Shown here: one piece after another, positions 47,434 through 55,847 of the stretch
Layout of the letters: the number at the start of each line of letters is the position of its first letter
Position numbering within the stretch: the stretch's first letter is position 1
Origin: Candidatus Stercoripulliclostridium sp.
GTDB lineage: Bacteria > Bacillota > Clostridia > Christensenellales > DTU072
NCBI GenBank assembly: GCA_045631675.1
Contig: JAZQVF010000102.1
Span: forward strand, 315-64,314
Direction of reading: 5' to 3'
DNA length: 64,000 bases
Translations under genes and position numbers: made by a program
The notes under the pieces: generated by a model
Told to the model about the DNA's origin: nothing
The model's database searches: none
What the model saw: only the letters and a program-made list of their open reading frames with translations

Positions 47434-50061
47434 TTACATATTTTTGAGTTCTTCAATACGCTCAAGAAGTTTTGCTTTCTTTTCACTATTTGCTTGCAAT
47501 TTAATCTTTTCATTTTCAATTAATTGCTTAGGTGCTTTTGCAACGAAACCAGCATTATTAAGCATTCCTTCACTACGCTTAATTTCCCCTTCCATAACCT
47601 TAAGTTCTTTAGTTAGACGTTGCATTTCTTTTTCAACGTCTACAAGTTCTCCTAATGGAACGTAAACCTCTGCGCCACTTGCAACAATAGATACACATTT
47701 TTCTTGAACGTCTACTTTTGATGCAACAAAGTTGATTGATTCTACGTTAGCAAGTTTCTTAACGTAACTTACGTTCTTTGAAATGTATGCCTCTTCACTT
47801 GTAACGATAAAGAGATTTACCTTCTTTGATACGGGAACGTCCATTTCTACTCTCAAGTTACGAACTGATCTTATAATTTCTTTTATAGATTCAAACTTTT
47901 CGTAGTCTTGTACAAAATTATGTTTCTTATTATATTCTGGATATTTAGCAAGCATAATGGTATTTTCTTCACCACATTCTTTCCAAATACGTTCAGTAAT
48001 AAAAGGAGTAAAGGGATGCATAAGTTTTAAGATTTGTTTTAGTACGTATGATAATACTGACAAGGTCTCAAGCTTAGCCTTTTCATTTTCAGCATACAAT
48101 GCAGGTTTTGTAAGTTCGATATACCAATCACAGAAATCGGACCAAATGAAGTCATAAAGTGCCGCATTAGCCATTCCAAGTTCATACTTCTTAAGATAGT
48201 TGTTTACTTCTCTTGTTACCTTATTTAGTTTGTACAATATCCACTTATCAGCAGGAGTATATCTAAATGAACCCATCTTAGGAAGTGCTTTACCTTCACT
48301 ATTCATAAGAACAAATCTTGAAGCATTCCAAAGTTTGTTTAAGAAGTTGCGTGAAGGCTCAATCTTATCCTCAGAGAATCTTATATCTGAACCAGGAGCA
48401 ACACCAGTAGTTAATGAGAAACGCAAGGCATCTGCACCATATTTATCAATTAGCTCAAGTGGATCTATACCATTTCCTAAAGACTTAGACATCTTTCTTC
48501 CTTTAGCATCTCTAACGATACCGTGAATAAGAACCTCTGGGAATGGGATTTGTCCCATGTGTTCAAGACCAGAGAAAATCATTCTTGCAACCCAGAAGAA
48601 AATAATGTCATAAGCAGTAACTAATACGTTAGTTGGATAGAAGTAATTAAGATCTTCCGTATTATCTGGATAACCCAAAGTTGAGAAAGGCCATAGTGCA
48701 GAACTAAACCACGTGTCAAGAACGTCTTCGTCTTGATGGATATTAGCACATCCACACTTTGGACAAACGGTTGGATCCTCTTTTTCAACTATTACTTCAC
48801 CACATTCTGGACAGTACCAAGCGGGAATTCTATGTCCCCACCACAATTGGCGAGAAATGCACCAATCCTTGATGTTTTCCATCCAATTGTAATAGGTTTT
48901 TGAAAATCTTTCAGGAATAAACTTTATTTTACCATCTCTAACTACCTTAATGGCAGGTCTTGCAAGTTCTTCCATCTTAACAAACCATTGCTTACTTACG
49001 ATTGGTTCAACTACGGCCTTACAACGGTAACATTCGCCAACGTTATGAGTATATGGTTCAATTTTTTCCATTAAGCCTAATGCTTCTAAATCTTCAACGA
49101 TCTTTTTACGAGCCTCATCTCTATCAAGACCAACGTAAGCAAAACCATTTTCGTTAATAACACCAGCATCATCCATAACCCTAATAACTTCAAGATTATG
49201 TCTTAAACCTACTTCAAAGTCGTTAGGATCGTGTGCAGGTGTGATTTTAACACAACCCGTACCAAAGTCAAGTTCAACGTAATCGTCAGCAACAATTGGT
49301 ATCTCCCTATCGGTAAGTGGAAGTTTTAGCATCTTGCCGATTTTATCTGTATATCTTGGGTCGTTAGGATTTACTGCAACAGCAGTATCGCCAAGAAGTG
49401 TTTCTGGACGAGTCGTAGCAATAATTAAATATCCTGAGCCATCTGCATAAGGATAGCGAATATGCCACAAGAAACCTGCTTTTTCATCGTATTCAACTTC
49501 AGCATCTGAAAGTGCAGTCTCACAATGAGGACACCAGTTTATTATACGGCTACCTTGATAAATCAATCCTTTGCGATAAAGATTTACAAAGACCTCTCTA
49601 ACAGCTTTTGAACAACGTTCATCCATTGTAAAGGCTTCTCTTGACCAGTCGCAAGATGAACCTAATCTGCGTAGTTGTTTAACGATTTTACCGCCATAGG
49701 TTGCTTTCCAATCATAAGCACGCTTTAAAAACTCTTCTCTACCTATAGTTTCCTTGTCAAGGCCTTCTTCACGAAGTTTATCTACGATTTTTACTTCGGT
49801 TGCAATACTTGCATGATCCGTACCAGGTAACCAAAGGGTAGAATATCCTTGCATTCTCTTGTGCCTAATAATAATGTCTTGAATAGTATTATTCAAAGCA
49901 TGACCCATATGAAGTTGGCCAGTTATGTTTGGTGGTGGGATTACGATAGAAAAAGGAGTCTTATCCTTATCAACCTCGGGACGGAAATATCCACGAGTTT
50001 CCCATTCGTTGTAGATTTCATTTTCAAAACTTTGTGGTTCAAAATTCTTTGGAAGATCCAT
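47434..50061 (-). CDS. valS: valine--tRNA ligase
   Basis: 875 aa. Class I signatures GQLHMGH (HIGH) and KMSKS, CP1 editing domain, and a C-terminal coiled coil. Confidence 0.95.
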   Translation of the reverse strand: MDLPKNFEPQSFENEIYNEWETRGYFRPEVDKDKTPFSIVIPPPNITGQLHMGHALNNTIQDIIIRHKRMQGYSTLWLPGTDHASIATEVKIVDKLREEGLDKETIGREEFLKRAYDWKATYGGKIVKQLRRLGSSCDWSREAFTMDERCSKAVREVFVNLYRKGLIYQGSRIINWCPHCETALSDAEVEYDEKAGFLWHIRYPYADGSGYLIIATTRPETLLGDTAVAVNPNDPRYTDKIGKMLKLPLTDREIPIVADDYVELDFGTGCVKITPAHDPNDFEVGLRHNLEVIRVMDDAGVINENGFAYVGLDRDEARKKIVEDLEALGLMEKIEPYTHNVGECYRCKAVVEPIVSKQWFVKMEELARPAIKVVRDGKIKFIPERFSKTYYNWMENIKDWCISRQLWWGHRIPAWYCPECGEVIVEKEDPTVCPKCGCANIHQDEDVLDTWFSSALWPFSTLGYPDNTEDLNYFYPTNVLVTAYDIIFFWVARMIFSGLEHMGQIPFPEVLIHGIVRDAKGRKMSKSLGNGIDPLELIDKYGADALRFSLTTGVAPGSDIRFSEDKIEPSRNFLNKLWNASRFVLMNSEGKALPKMGSFRYTPADKWILYKLNKVTREVNNYLKKYELGMANAALYDFIWSDFCDWYIELTKPALYAENEKAKLETLSVLSYVLKQILKLMHPFTPFITERIWKECGEENTIMLAKYPEYNKKHNFVQDYEKFESIKEIIRSVRNLRVEMDVPVSKKVNLFIVTSEEAYISKNVSYVKKLANVESINFVASKVDVQEKCVSIVASGAEVYVPLGELVDVEKEMQRLTKELKVMEGEIKRSEGMLNNAGFVAKAPKQLIENEKIKLQANSEKKAKLLERIEELKNM

Positions 50062-50070
50062 AATTATCTC

Positions 50071-50763
50071 CTATTCTTTAATCTCTTTAGATTCTTGTTC
50101 TTGAGTATTTTCTTCAACTGCAACTATTTCTTCAGCATTTTCTTCTACGTATGTTCCTTCTTTAATTGCCTTCTTCTTTGCAAGGATTTTTTTAATGATA
50201 GTAATGGCTTGCATAAGGTAATTAATGAAAGCAACGTATGTTAAAACAACGCCAACTCCTAATACTATCCAATCAAGGTAGAAAACTTTATCAGCAAATA
50301 CAGGATGGAAATAACTCATTATTACTGCACATACAATAACGAATGATGCAGCCTTACCCATAGCGTTTGCCTTAATGTTTTTACTATCTCCTGCCATAAA
50401 AGCACCACCGACTATCATAGTTGCTTCTTTAAGAAGTAGAACTAAAATAAATGCCCAATGAACACAACCTACTATAACGAGTGAAAGTATTGCTGAACAT
50501 TGCATAAATTTATCTGCAAATGGGTCAATGATTTCTCCAAGTTGCGTTCCTTGGTTGAACTTTCTTGCGAACCATCCATCAACAAGATCGGAAGATGCGG
50601 AAACAACAAGAATGACTAAGCCAATAATTGGGAATTGGTATGCTCCCCATTGAATCCACGTTCCTTTGTCAATCGTAGTCCACATTATAAATGGCACACA
50701 AATCAAGCGGAACAAAGTAAGCATATTGGGAACGTTCCATAATTGCTTAAATAAGTCTTTCAT
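50071..50763 (-). CDS. pgsA: CDP-alcohol phosphatidyltransferase (PgsA-like) with acidic C-terminal extension
   Basis: DGWFARKFNQGTQLGEIIDPFADK matches DGx2ARx8Gx3Dx3D. 230 aa. Confidence 0.8.
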   Translation of the reverse strand: MKDLFKQLWNVPNMLTLFRLICVPFIMWTTIDKGTWIQWGAYQFPIIGLVILVVSASSDLVDGWFARKFNQGTQLGEIIDPFADKFMQCSAILSLVIVGCVHWAFILVLLLKEATMIVGGAFMAGDSKNIKANAMGKAASFVIVCAVIMSYFHPVFADKVFYLDWIVLGVGVVLTYVAFINYLMQAITIIKKILAKKKAIKEGTYVEENAEEIVAVEENTQEQESKEIKE

Positions 50764-50837
50764 AAAAATACTCCTGATTTTTTAAATCAGAAGTATTATA
50801 TCATAAATCTTTAAAATAAACAAATAGTTTTAACTAT

Positions 50838-51824
50838 TTAGCGCTTATTACCAAGTATGCTCGTGTATTTGCCTAATTCATCATTTACAAGTTCGTAAGC
50901 GCCCATAGAAGTTTGGGTTTCGGGTTCTAAAGATATCTCAACGGGTAACTTTAAATACCTTGTTAGATAATCTTCAACACCTCTTAACTGTGCGCCCGCC
51001 CCCGCTACGTATAATCCATTAGACCTAATTGTAGCAAGTTTTGCATAAGGAACCGTGGTCAAGACTGATTCTATCAACTCAGCAATCTTTTTATAACACC
51101 AAATAATGGGTGCCTTTATGGACTCTGCATTAACTTCTACGTTTTTAATTTGACCATCCAAAATATCTTGTCCTGTAATAGTAACAACCGATAAGTCTTT
51201 ATCCTGCAAACTACCTATTTCAACTTTTATTTTTTCAGCCGTTGCTATACTAATGCGAAGGTTATAGGTTTTTAGAATATGCTCAACAATTTTTTCATTG
51301 ATTGTGTTACCGCCAATGCCTAAAGTACAACCTGAAAGTATACCCTCTCTGTTTATTACTCCTACTTCAGTAACACCACTACCAAGCAAACATACTGCCC
51401 TATCTTCATCTCCAAGTAAAGGAAGTAGTCCCAGCATACTTTCTATTAGCGTTATATCCTTAAAACCCGTCTTTTGAATAGCGTACTCCATATTTTCTCT
51501 TTCTGCGCTTGATAGACCACATGGGATTAATACGTAAAGTTCTATAGGATTAAAAATATTAACAGAAACTAACTCATCTAAATAATGTTCGAGTAGTTTT
51601 GCAAAAACGTCAGGGCGAACAATTACGCCTTCTCTAACGGGATAAACAAACGAACAACCTTCGGGGAGTGAACTCATCTTAATAGCATCCATTCCAACTG
51701 CAATTAGTTCAATATGCGCACCACGCTTGATTACACATGCATTTGGCACACGTTTGATAAAACCATTACCTATAATGGTTAAATTTGTTGAACCTGGATC
51801 AATAACAATCTTTTGTTTTTGCAT
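50838..51824 (-). CDS. divergent MreB-like actin-fold protein
   Basis: 328 aa, colinear with MreB (IVIDPGSTNL, PVREGVIVR, KTYNLRISIATAEKIKVEIGS, GLYVAGAGAQLRG). The phosphate-2 motif DIGGGTT is replaced by LLGSGVT. Confidence 0.7.
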   Translation of the reverse strand: MQKQKIVIDPGSTNLTIIGNGFIKRVPNACVIKRGAHIELIAVGMDAIKMSSLPEGCSFVYPVREGVIVRPDVFAKLLEHYLDELVSVNIFNPIELYVLIPCGLSSAERENMEYAIQKTGFKDITLIESMLGLLPLLGDEDRAVCLLGSGVTEVGVINREGILSGCTLGIGGNTINEKIVEHILKTYNLRISIATAEKIKVEIGSLQDKDLSVVTITGQDILDGQIKNVEVNAESIKAPIIWCYKKIAELIESVLTTVPYAKLATIRSNGLYVAGAGAQLRGVEDYLTRYLKLPVEISLEPETQTSMGAYELVNDELGKYTSILGNKR

Positions 51825-51825
51825 A

Positions 51826-52377
51826 TTAAATGATTCTCTTTTCCCTTAATATCTCTCTAAGTTTCTCCAGTGGAAGACCGACTACGTTTGTATAACTACC
51901 TTCGTATTCTTTTACGACCACTCCATCTTGAACGGCATACGCACCCGCTTTATCAAGACAGTAATAGTTGTCAACGTAAGCCTCAATATCATGCGTATCC
52001 ATATCGTGAAACTTTACCTTAGTTGTTACGGCATGGGTTTCAGTCTTGCCATTAAAATATATTGCTAATGCAGAACAAACAAAGTGCGTATCACCTTCAA
52101 GTTCTTTAAGCATTCTAATTGCATCTTCTCTATCGTTAGGTTTACCATAATATACTCCATCTTTATAAACCAACGTATCTGATGCAATAATCAAATCATA
52201 CGACTCTTTATCTTCAACCGCATTTAATTTCCTTAAAGCAATTTCCTTGACGGTTGCTTGTGGTGACTCGCCAAGGAAATTCTCATCTGCAGGGAAAACT
52301 TTAACTTCAAAATTTTCTATTAATTCTTTTAATAACTCTTTGCGTCTTGGAGACTTAGATGCTAATAGTACACGCAT
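51826..52377 (-). CDS. maf: Maf-family nucleoside triphosphate pyrophosphatase
   Basis: 183 aa. Motifs LASKSPRRKELL, DTLV and AGAYAVQ. Confidence 0.9.
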   Translation of the reverse strand: MRVLLASKSPRRKELLKELIENFEVKVFPADENFLGESPQATVKEIALRKLNAVEDKESYDLIIASDTLVYKDGVYYGKPNDREDAIRMLKELEGDTHFVCSALAIYFNGKTETHAVTTKVKFHDMDTHDIEAYVDNYYCLDKAGAYAVQDGVVVKEYEGSYTNVVGLPLEKLREILREKRII

Positions 52378-52379
52378 TA

Positions 52380-53891
52380 TTATAGTATTTCAAGATTCTT
52401 CTTAAATGCACGTTTAAAATCGCCTAACGCACTAAGTGCATCCTTTATTTCAAGTGTACAATCGCCTTGTGACTTTGTCTTTAATATTACAGAATCTCCT
52501 AAAACGTCACAAGAAATACCTACGATAACGCCACCACAACTGCGGTCAAAGCATTCAGCAATTCTTACGATAACACCAAGTTTTCTTACAGCGATAATCT
52601 CTTCTTCTGTTAAAAGATCGAGATATTTTTGAACGTCAAGTTGATCTAAACCATCTCTATAATGCAAACCTGCAACAAGCGCCGCCATAATTAGGTCTTT
52701 TTGTGGAATGCCGTATAGATTACTATTAAGTATCATGTATAATGAATGTTTGTGATGATCGTAGAACTTCATTGAAGAACCGATATCGTGCAACATGCTT
52801 GCGACACGAAGAATCTTAACGTAAGGACGTGGTAATTTATGTATAACTTTAACCTGTCTAAATAGTTGCATACTTAAATCAAACACGTGTTCTGCGTGTT
52901 GAATATTCATGTTGAAATGATGCAATAACGTATAAATGCTATGTCCTAAAATGTCGCTTATTGGTTTATCATTAATTGCAGGGCAAGCATAACGAAGCAT
53001 TGCACCTTCGCGCATACCAGCACCACCAATAACTATCTCGTTAAAATTAGTTCTTGCTTTAATAGCATCAATAACTGCAAGTGCGGCAGGGAAAATATCT
53101 GCTCTTGCTGATGAAAGCCCTTTAATTCTCATAAGTTTTTCAGGCTCAAGGGGTTTAATCGTATCATAAATAGTTTCCAATTCATTAAATGGAATATGAT
53201 AGTTATGAGCCATATCAAGAGGATACTTTTTAAGTTTACGGCTAATTTTACCAAGATTACGCAAAGAACCACCCACACCTATTAATTGTGTTTCAGGATC
53301 AAGATCCTTAAACCAAGGTAATTGATCAAGATGCTCTCCTACGTATTGACTGATGGCTTGCAAGCATTCTTCTGGAGTGCCTGTATTTTTAAACTTTTCA
53401 GTTAAAGTCAATGCACCAAATGGCAAAGTATCTTGGGCGATCATAACGCGTCTATGATAATAAATGAGTTTAACTGAACCGCCACCAATGTCAACTATAA
53501 GACCCTTTGGTACTTCCATAGAGTTTATAACACCTTGGTAAACAAACATTGCCTCATCCTCTTGTGAAATAACTTGAAGTTTAATACCACAAGAAGTTTG
53601 TACTTCTTCTATAAATGATTTTTGATTCTTTGCACGTCTTACAGCCGCAGTAGCATAAGCAAAAACCTTGGTTACGCCATGACTTTCATATAACGTACGG
53701 AAAGTACGCAACGTCTTTATTGTTTGAGCAATGCGTATAGGACGCAAGAAACCGTCTATCTCCATGTCTTGAGCAAGCCTTACGGGCTCTTTTAACTCGT
53801 CAACAACCATAAAATACCCACCGGGCATTACGTTTGCAATTACGAGTCTTGCTGAGTTGCTTCCTAAATCAATTATTGCAATCTTTTCCAT
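52380..53891 (-). CDS. ppx: Ppx/GppA-family phosphatase with C-terminal HD domain
   Basis: 503 aa. The N-terminus IAIIDLGSNSARLVI is an ASKHA fold; a C-terminal HDIG follows. Confidence 0.85.
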   Translation of the reverse strand: MEKIAIIDLGSNSARLVIANVMPGGYFMVVDELKEPVRLAQDMEIDGFLRPIRIAQTIKTLRTFRTLYESHGVTKVFAYATAAVRRAKNQKSFIEEVQTSCGIKLQVISQEDEAMFVYQGVINSMEVPKGLIVDIGGGSVKLIYYHRRVMIAQDTLPFGALTLTEKFKNTGTPEECLQAISQYVGEHLDQLPWFKDLDPETQLIGVGGSLRNLGKISRKLKKYPLDMAHNYHIPFNELETIYDTIKPLEPEKLMRIKGLSSARADIFPAALAVIDAIKARTNFNEIVIGGAGMREGAMLRYACPAINDKPISDILGHSIYTLLHHFNMNIQHAEHVFDLSMQLFRQVKVIHKLPRPYVKILRVASMLHDIGSSMKFYDHHKHSLYMILNSNLYGIPQKDLIMAALVAGLHYRDGLDQLDVQKYLDLLTEEEIIAVRKLGVIVRIAECFDRSCGGVIVGISCDVLGDSVILKTKSQGDCTLEIKDALSALGDFKRAFKKNLEIL

Positions 53892-53930
53892 AATAATCCT
53901 TCCTTAATTTAGCATTGAAGAAAATTGTAA

Positions 53931-54884
53931 TTAGACTATATTTTGGGGTGTTCCATTTAGGAACGCTTTTAGGTTTTGATGGGCTATTTTCATTAATTCA
54001 CCTCTTGATTCTATCGTTGCCCACGCGATATGAGGGGTAATTACAACGTTTTTAGCTTTTATCAGTGGATTTCCTATTGGGGGTTCAACCGAAAGAACGT
54101 CTAAACCTGCACCAAATATTCTTCCTTCGTTTAAAGCCTCAGCCAAGGCCTCGTCATCAATGAGTCCACCTCGTGCCGTGTTGATTAATAAAGCATTACT
54201 TTTAAAATGTAAAAGTGCTTCTTTGTTTATCATACCCTTGTTTTCATCCGTCAAAGGACAATTTAAAGAAATGATATCTGAATTTTCATATATGGATTCT
54301 AAACATTCTGCGTATTTGAATCCTTCCTCAGGCAAATGTTTTGATCGACTATATATTAAAACGTTCATTCCAAACGCTTTTGCAACGTCTTTTACTCTTT
54401 GCCCAATACGACCTAAGCCGACTATTCCAATCGTTTTACCATACAATTGATGCATGCCACTACGATAATAGCAAAAATCCGAGCATTTCTCCCAATCTCC
54501 TGCTTTTACCGTTTTATCGTGATACCCTATTCCCGAATAAAGCTCAATGATTAGACCAAACACCGTTTGCACAACGCTTTCAGTGCTATAAGCAGGTATA
54601 TTAGTAACTACAACACCTTTCTTACGAGCATAGTCAACGTCAACGTTATTATAGCCTGTAGCAAGAACTCCTACGTACTTTAGGTTAGGTAAACCATCAA
54701 TTATACGCTTATCAATTTGGCACTTGTTAGTGATCATTATAGTGCTATCGCCCATTCTTTCCACTATCTTATCATAAGGTGTTCTTTCGTATATTACGAC
54801 ATCACCCAACTGATTAAATAGTTCCCACGACAAGTCACCGTGATTAAGACAATACCCATCCAAAATAGTTATTCTCAATCCCAT
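53931..54884 (-). CDS. D-isomer-specific 2-hydroxyacid dehydrogenase (glycerate dehydrogenase-like)
   Basis: 317 aa. NAD motif GIVGLGRIGQRV and catalytic R...E...H (TARGGLID...TPHIAW). Confidence 0.85.
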   Translation of the reverse strand: MGLRITILDGYCLNHGDLSWELFNQLGDVVIYERTPYDKIVERMGDSTIMITNKCQIDKRIIDGLPNLKYVGVLATGYNNVDVDYARKKGVVVTNIPAYSTESVVQTVFGLIIELYSGIGYHDKTVKAGDWEKCSDFCYYRSGMHQLYGKTIGIVGLGRIGQRVKDVAKAFGMNVLIYSRSKHLPEEGFKYAECLESIYENSDIISLNCPLTDENKGMINKEALLHFKSNALLINTARGGLIDDEALAEALNEGRIFGAGLDVLSVEPPIGNPLIKAKNVVITPHIAWATIESRGELMKIAHQNLKAFLNGTPQNIV

Positions 54885-54961
54885 AGTTCACCAACATAAT
54901 TTCCTGTATAATATTTTAAACCAAAAATCGGGTTTAGTCAATAGGGAATTTTTTAAATTAT

Positions 54962-54991
54962 AAAACGCGCGAACAATTACGTACGCGCGCT
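54962..54991 (-). terminator. terminator after the YegP-like gene
   Basis: CGCGCG-(12 nt)-CGCGCG self-complementary stem followed by TTTTATAATTT on the minus strand. Confidence 0.6.
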
Positions 54992-55019
54992 ATATAGAGT
55001 TATACGATGTCAAGTTAGT

Positions 55020-55829
55020 TTATTTTTCAATCGTATCGTCAAGTACAACATGGTACTCTGCAATCTTTTTAATGCTTTCAATACCTTTTATACAATTAGC
55101 CTTCGTAGTATAGCCTTGAGATGCAAGAACGTTAGAGGCATTTGCCGCTATTAATCTGAAACGGAATTTGCCCTCTTTATCTTTATAAATCTCAAAAGTT
55201 GCCTTACCGATAACACTTACGTAATCTTCTTTTGTGCTGTCTGATATTGTAGCTTTTTCTGCTGCCCTTACAACAGCTTGGATGCCGTTTTTACATGTAG
55301 CTTTAGCGGTATATCCTTGTGAATGACCGACAGTATTTAAGTTAGATGAGCGGAAACGGAAGCGGAACTTACCACCTAAATCCTTATAGATTTGTACACT
55401 CCCTGGTTTCTTTCCATCAGACTCCGATGGTTGTGGCTCGCTAAAACTTGAAACTTTTTCACTTGGTTGAACCTTAAGGTTTTTAGGCTTTTTTACAGGT
55501 CTCTTCTTTTCTCTAATGGGAGTCATTATAACTGTTTCATCGGCAATTTGAGATGCAGTTTTATTTTCAACAACGTGCAAATTATCCGCCTTATCATCAT
55601 CTTCCGTTATAGGTGACAAGGATATGTTTTCAATATCAAAAGAGGCGTCCTCTATTTCTTCTATTAAAGCCTCTTCTTCCCTAACTTTCTTTTCAACTTT
55701 CTTTTTCTTGATTGAAGCAATTATCATAGCAATTACAAGAGAAAGCACGAGTACAGCAATAATAATTACAATAGCAAGATTGTTACCCGTTGAAAGAAAA
55801 TCTTTTACGGAAGCTATAATTTTTTCCAT
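55020..55829 (-). CDS. membrane-anchored protein with two YegP/DUF1508 domains
   Basis: 269 aa. N-terminal TM helix, acidic linker, then IYKDLGGKFRFRFRSSNLNTVGHSQGYTAKATCKNGIQAV and IYKDKEGKFRFRLIAANASNVLASQGYTTKANCIKGIESI. Confidence 0.75.
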   Translation of the reverse strand: MEKIIASVKDFLSTGNNLAIVIIIAVLVLSLVIAMIIASIKKKKVEKKVREEEALIEEIEDASFDIENISLSPITEDDDKADNLHVVENKTASQIADETVIMTPIREKKRPVKKPKNLKVQPSEKVSSFSEPQPSESDGKKPGSVQIYKDLGGKFRFRFRSSNLNTVGHSQGYTAKATCKNGIQAVVRAAEKATISDSTKEDYVSVIGKATFEIYKDKEGKFRFRLIAANASNVLASQGYTTKANCIKGIESIKKIAEYHVVLDDTIEK

Positions 55830-55847
55830 ATTGAGTTTCTCCTTAAA

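Noticed and set aside
49849-50244. 131-aa + strand ORF spanning the valS start and pgsA end
   Set aside because: It is antisense to two well-supported genes, has low-complexity Phe/Leu/Asn-rich sequence, and has no expression signals.
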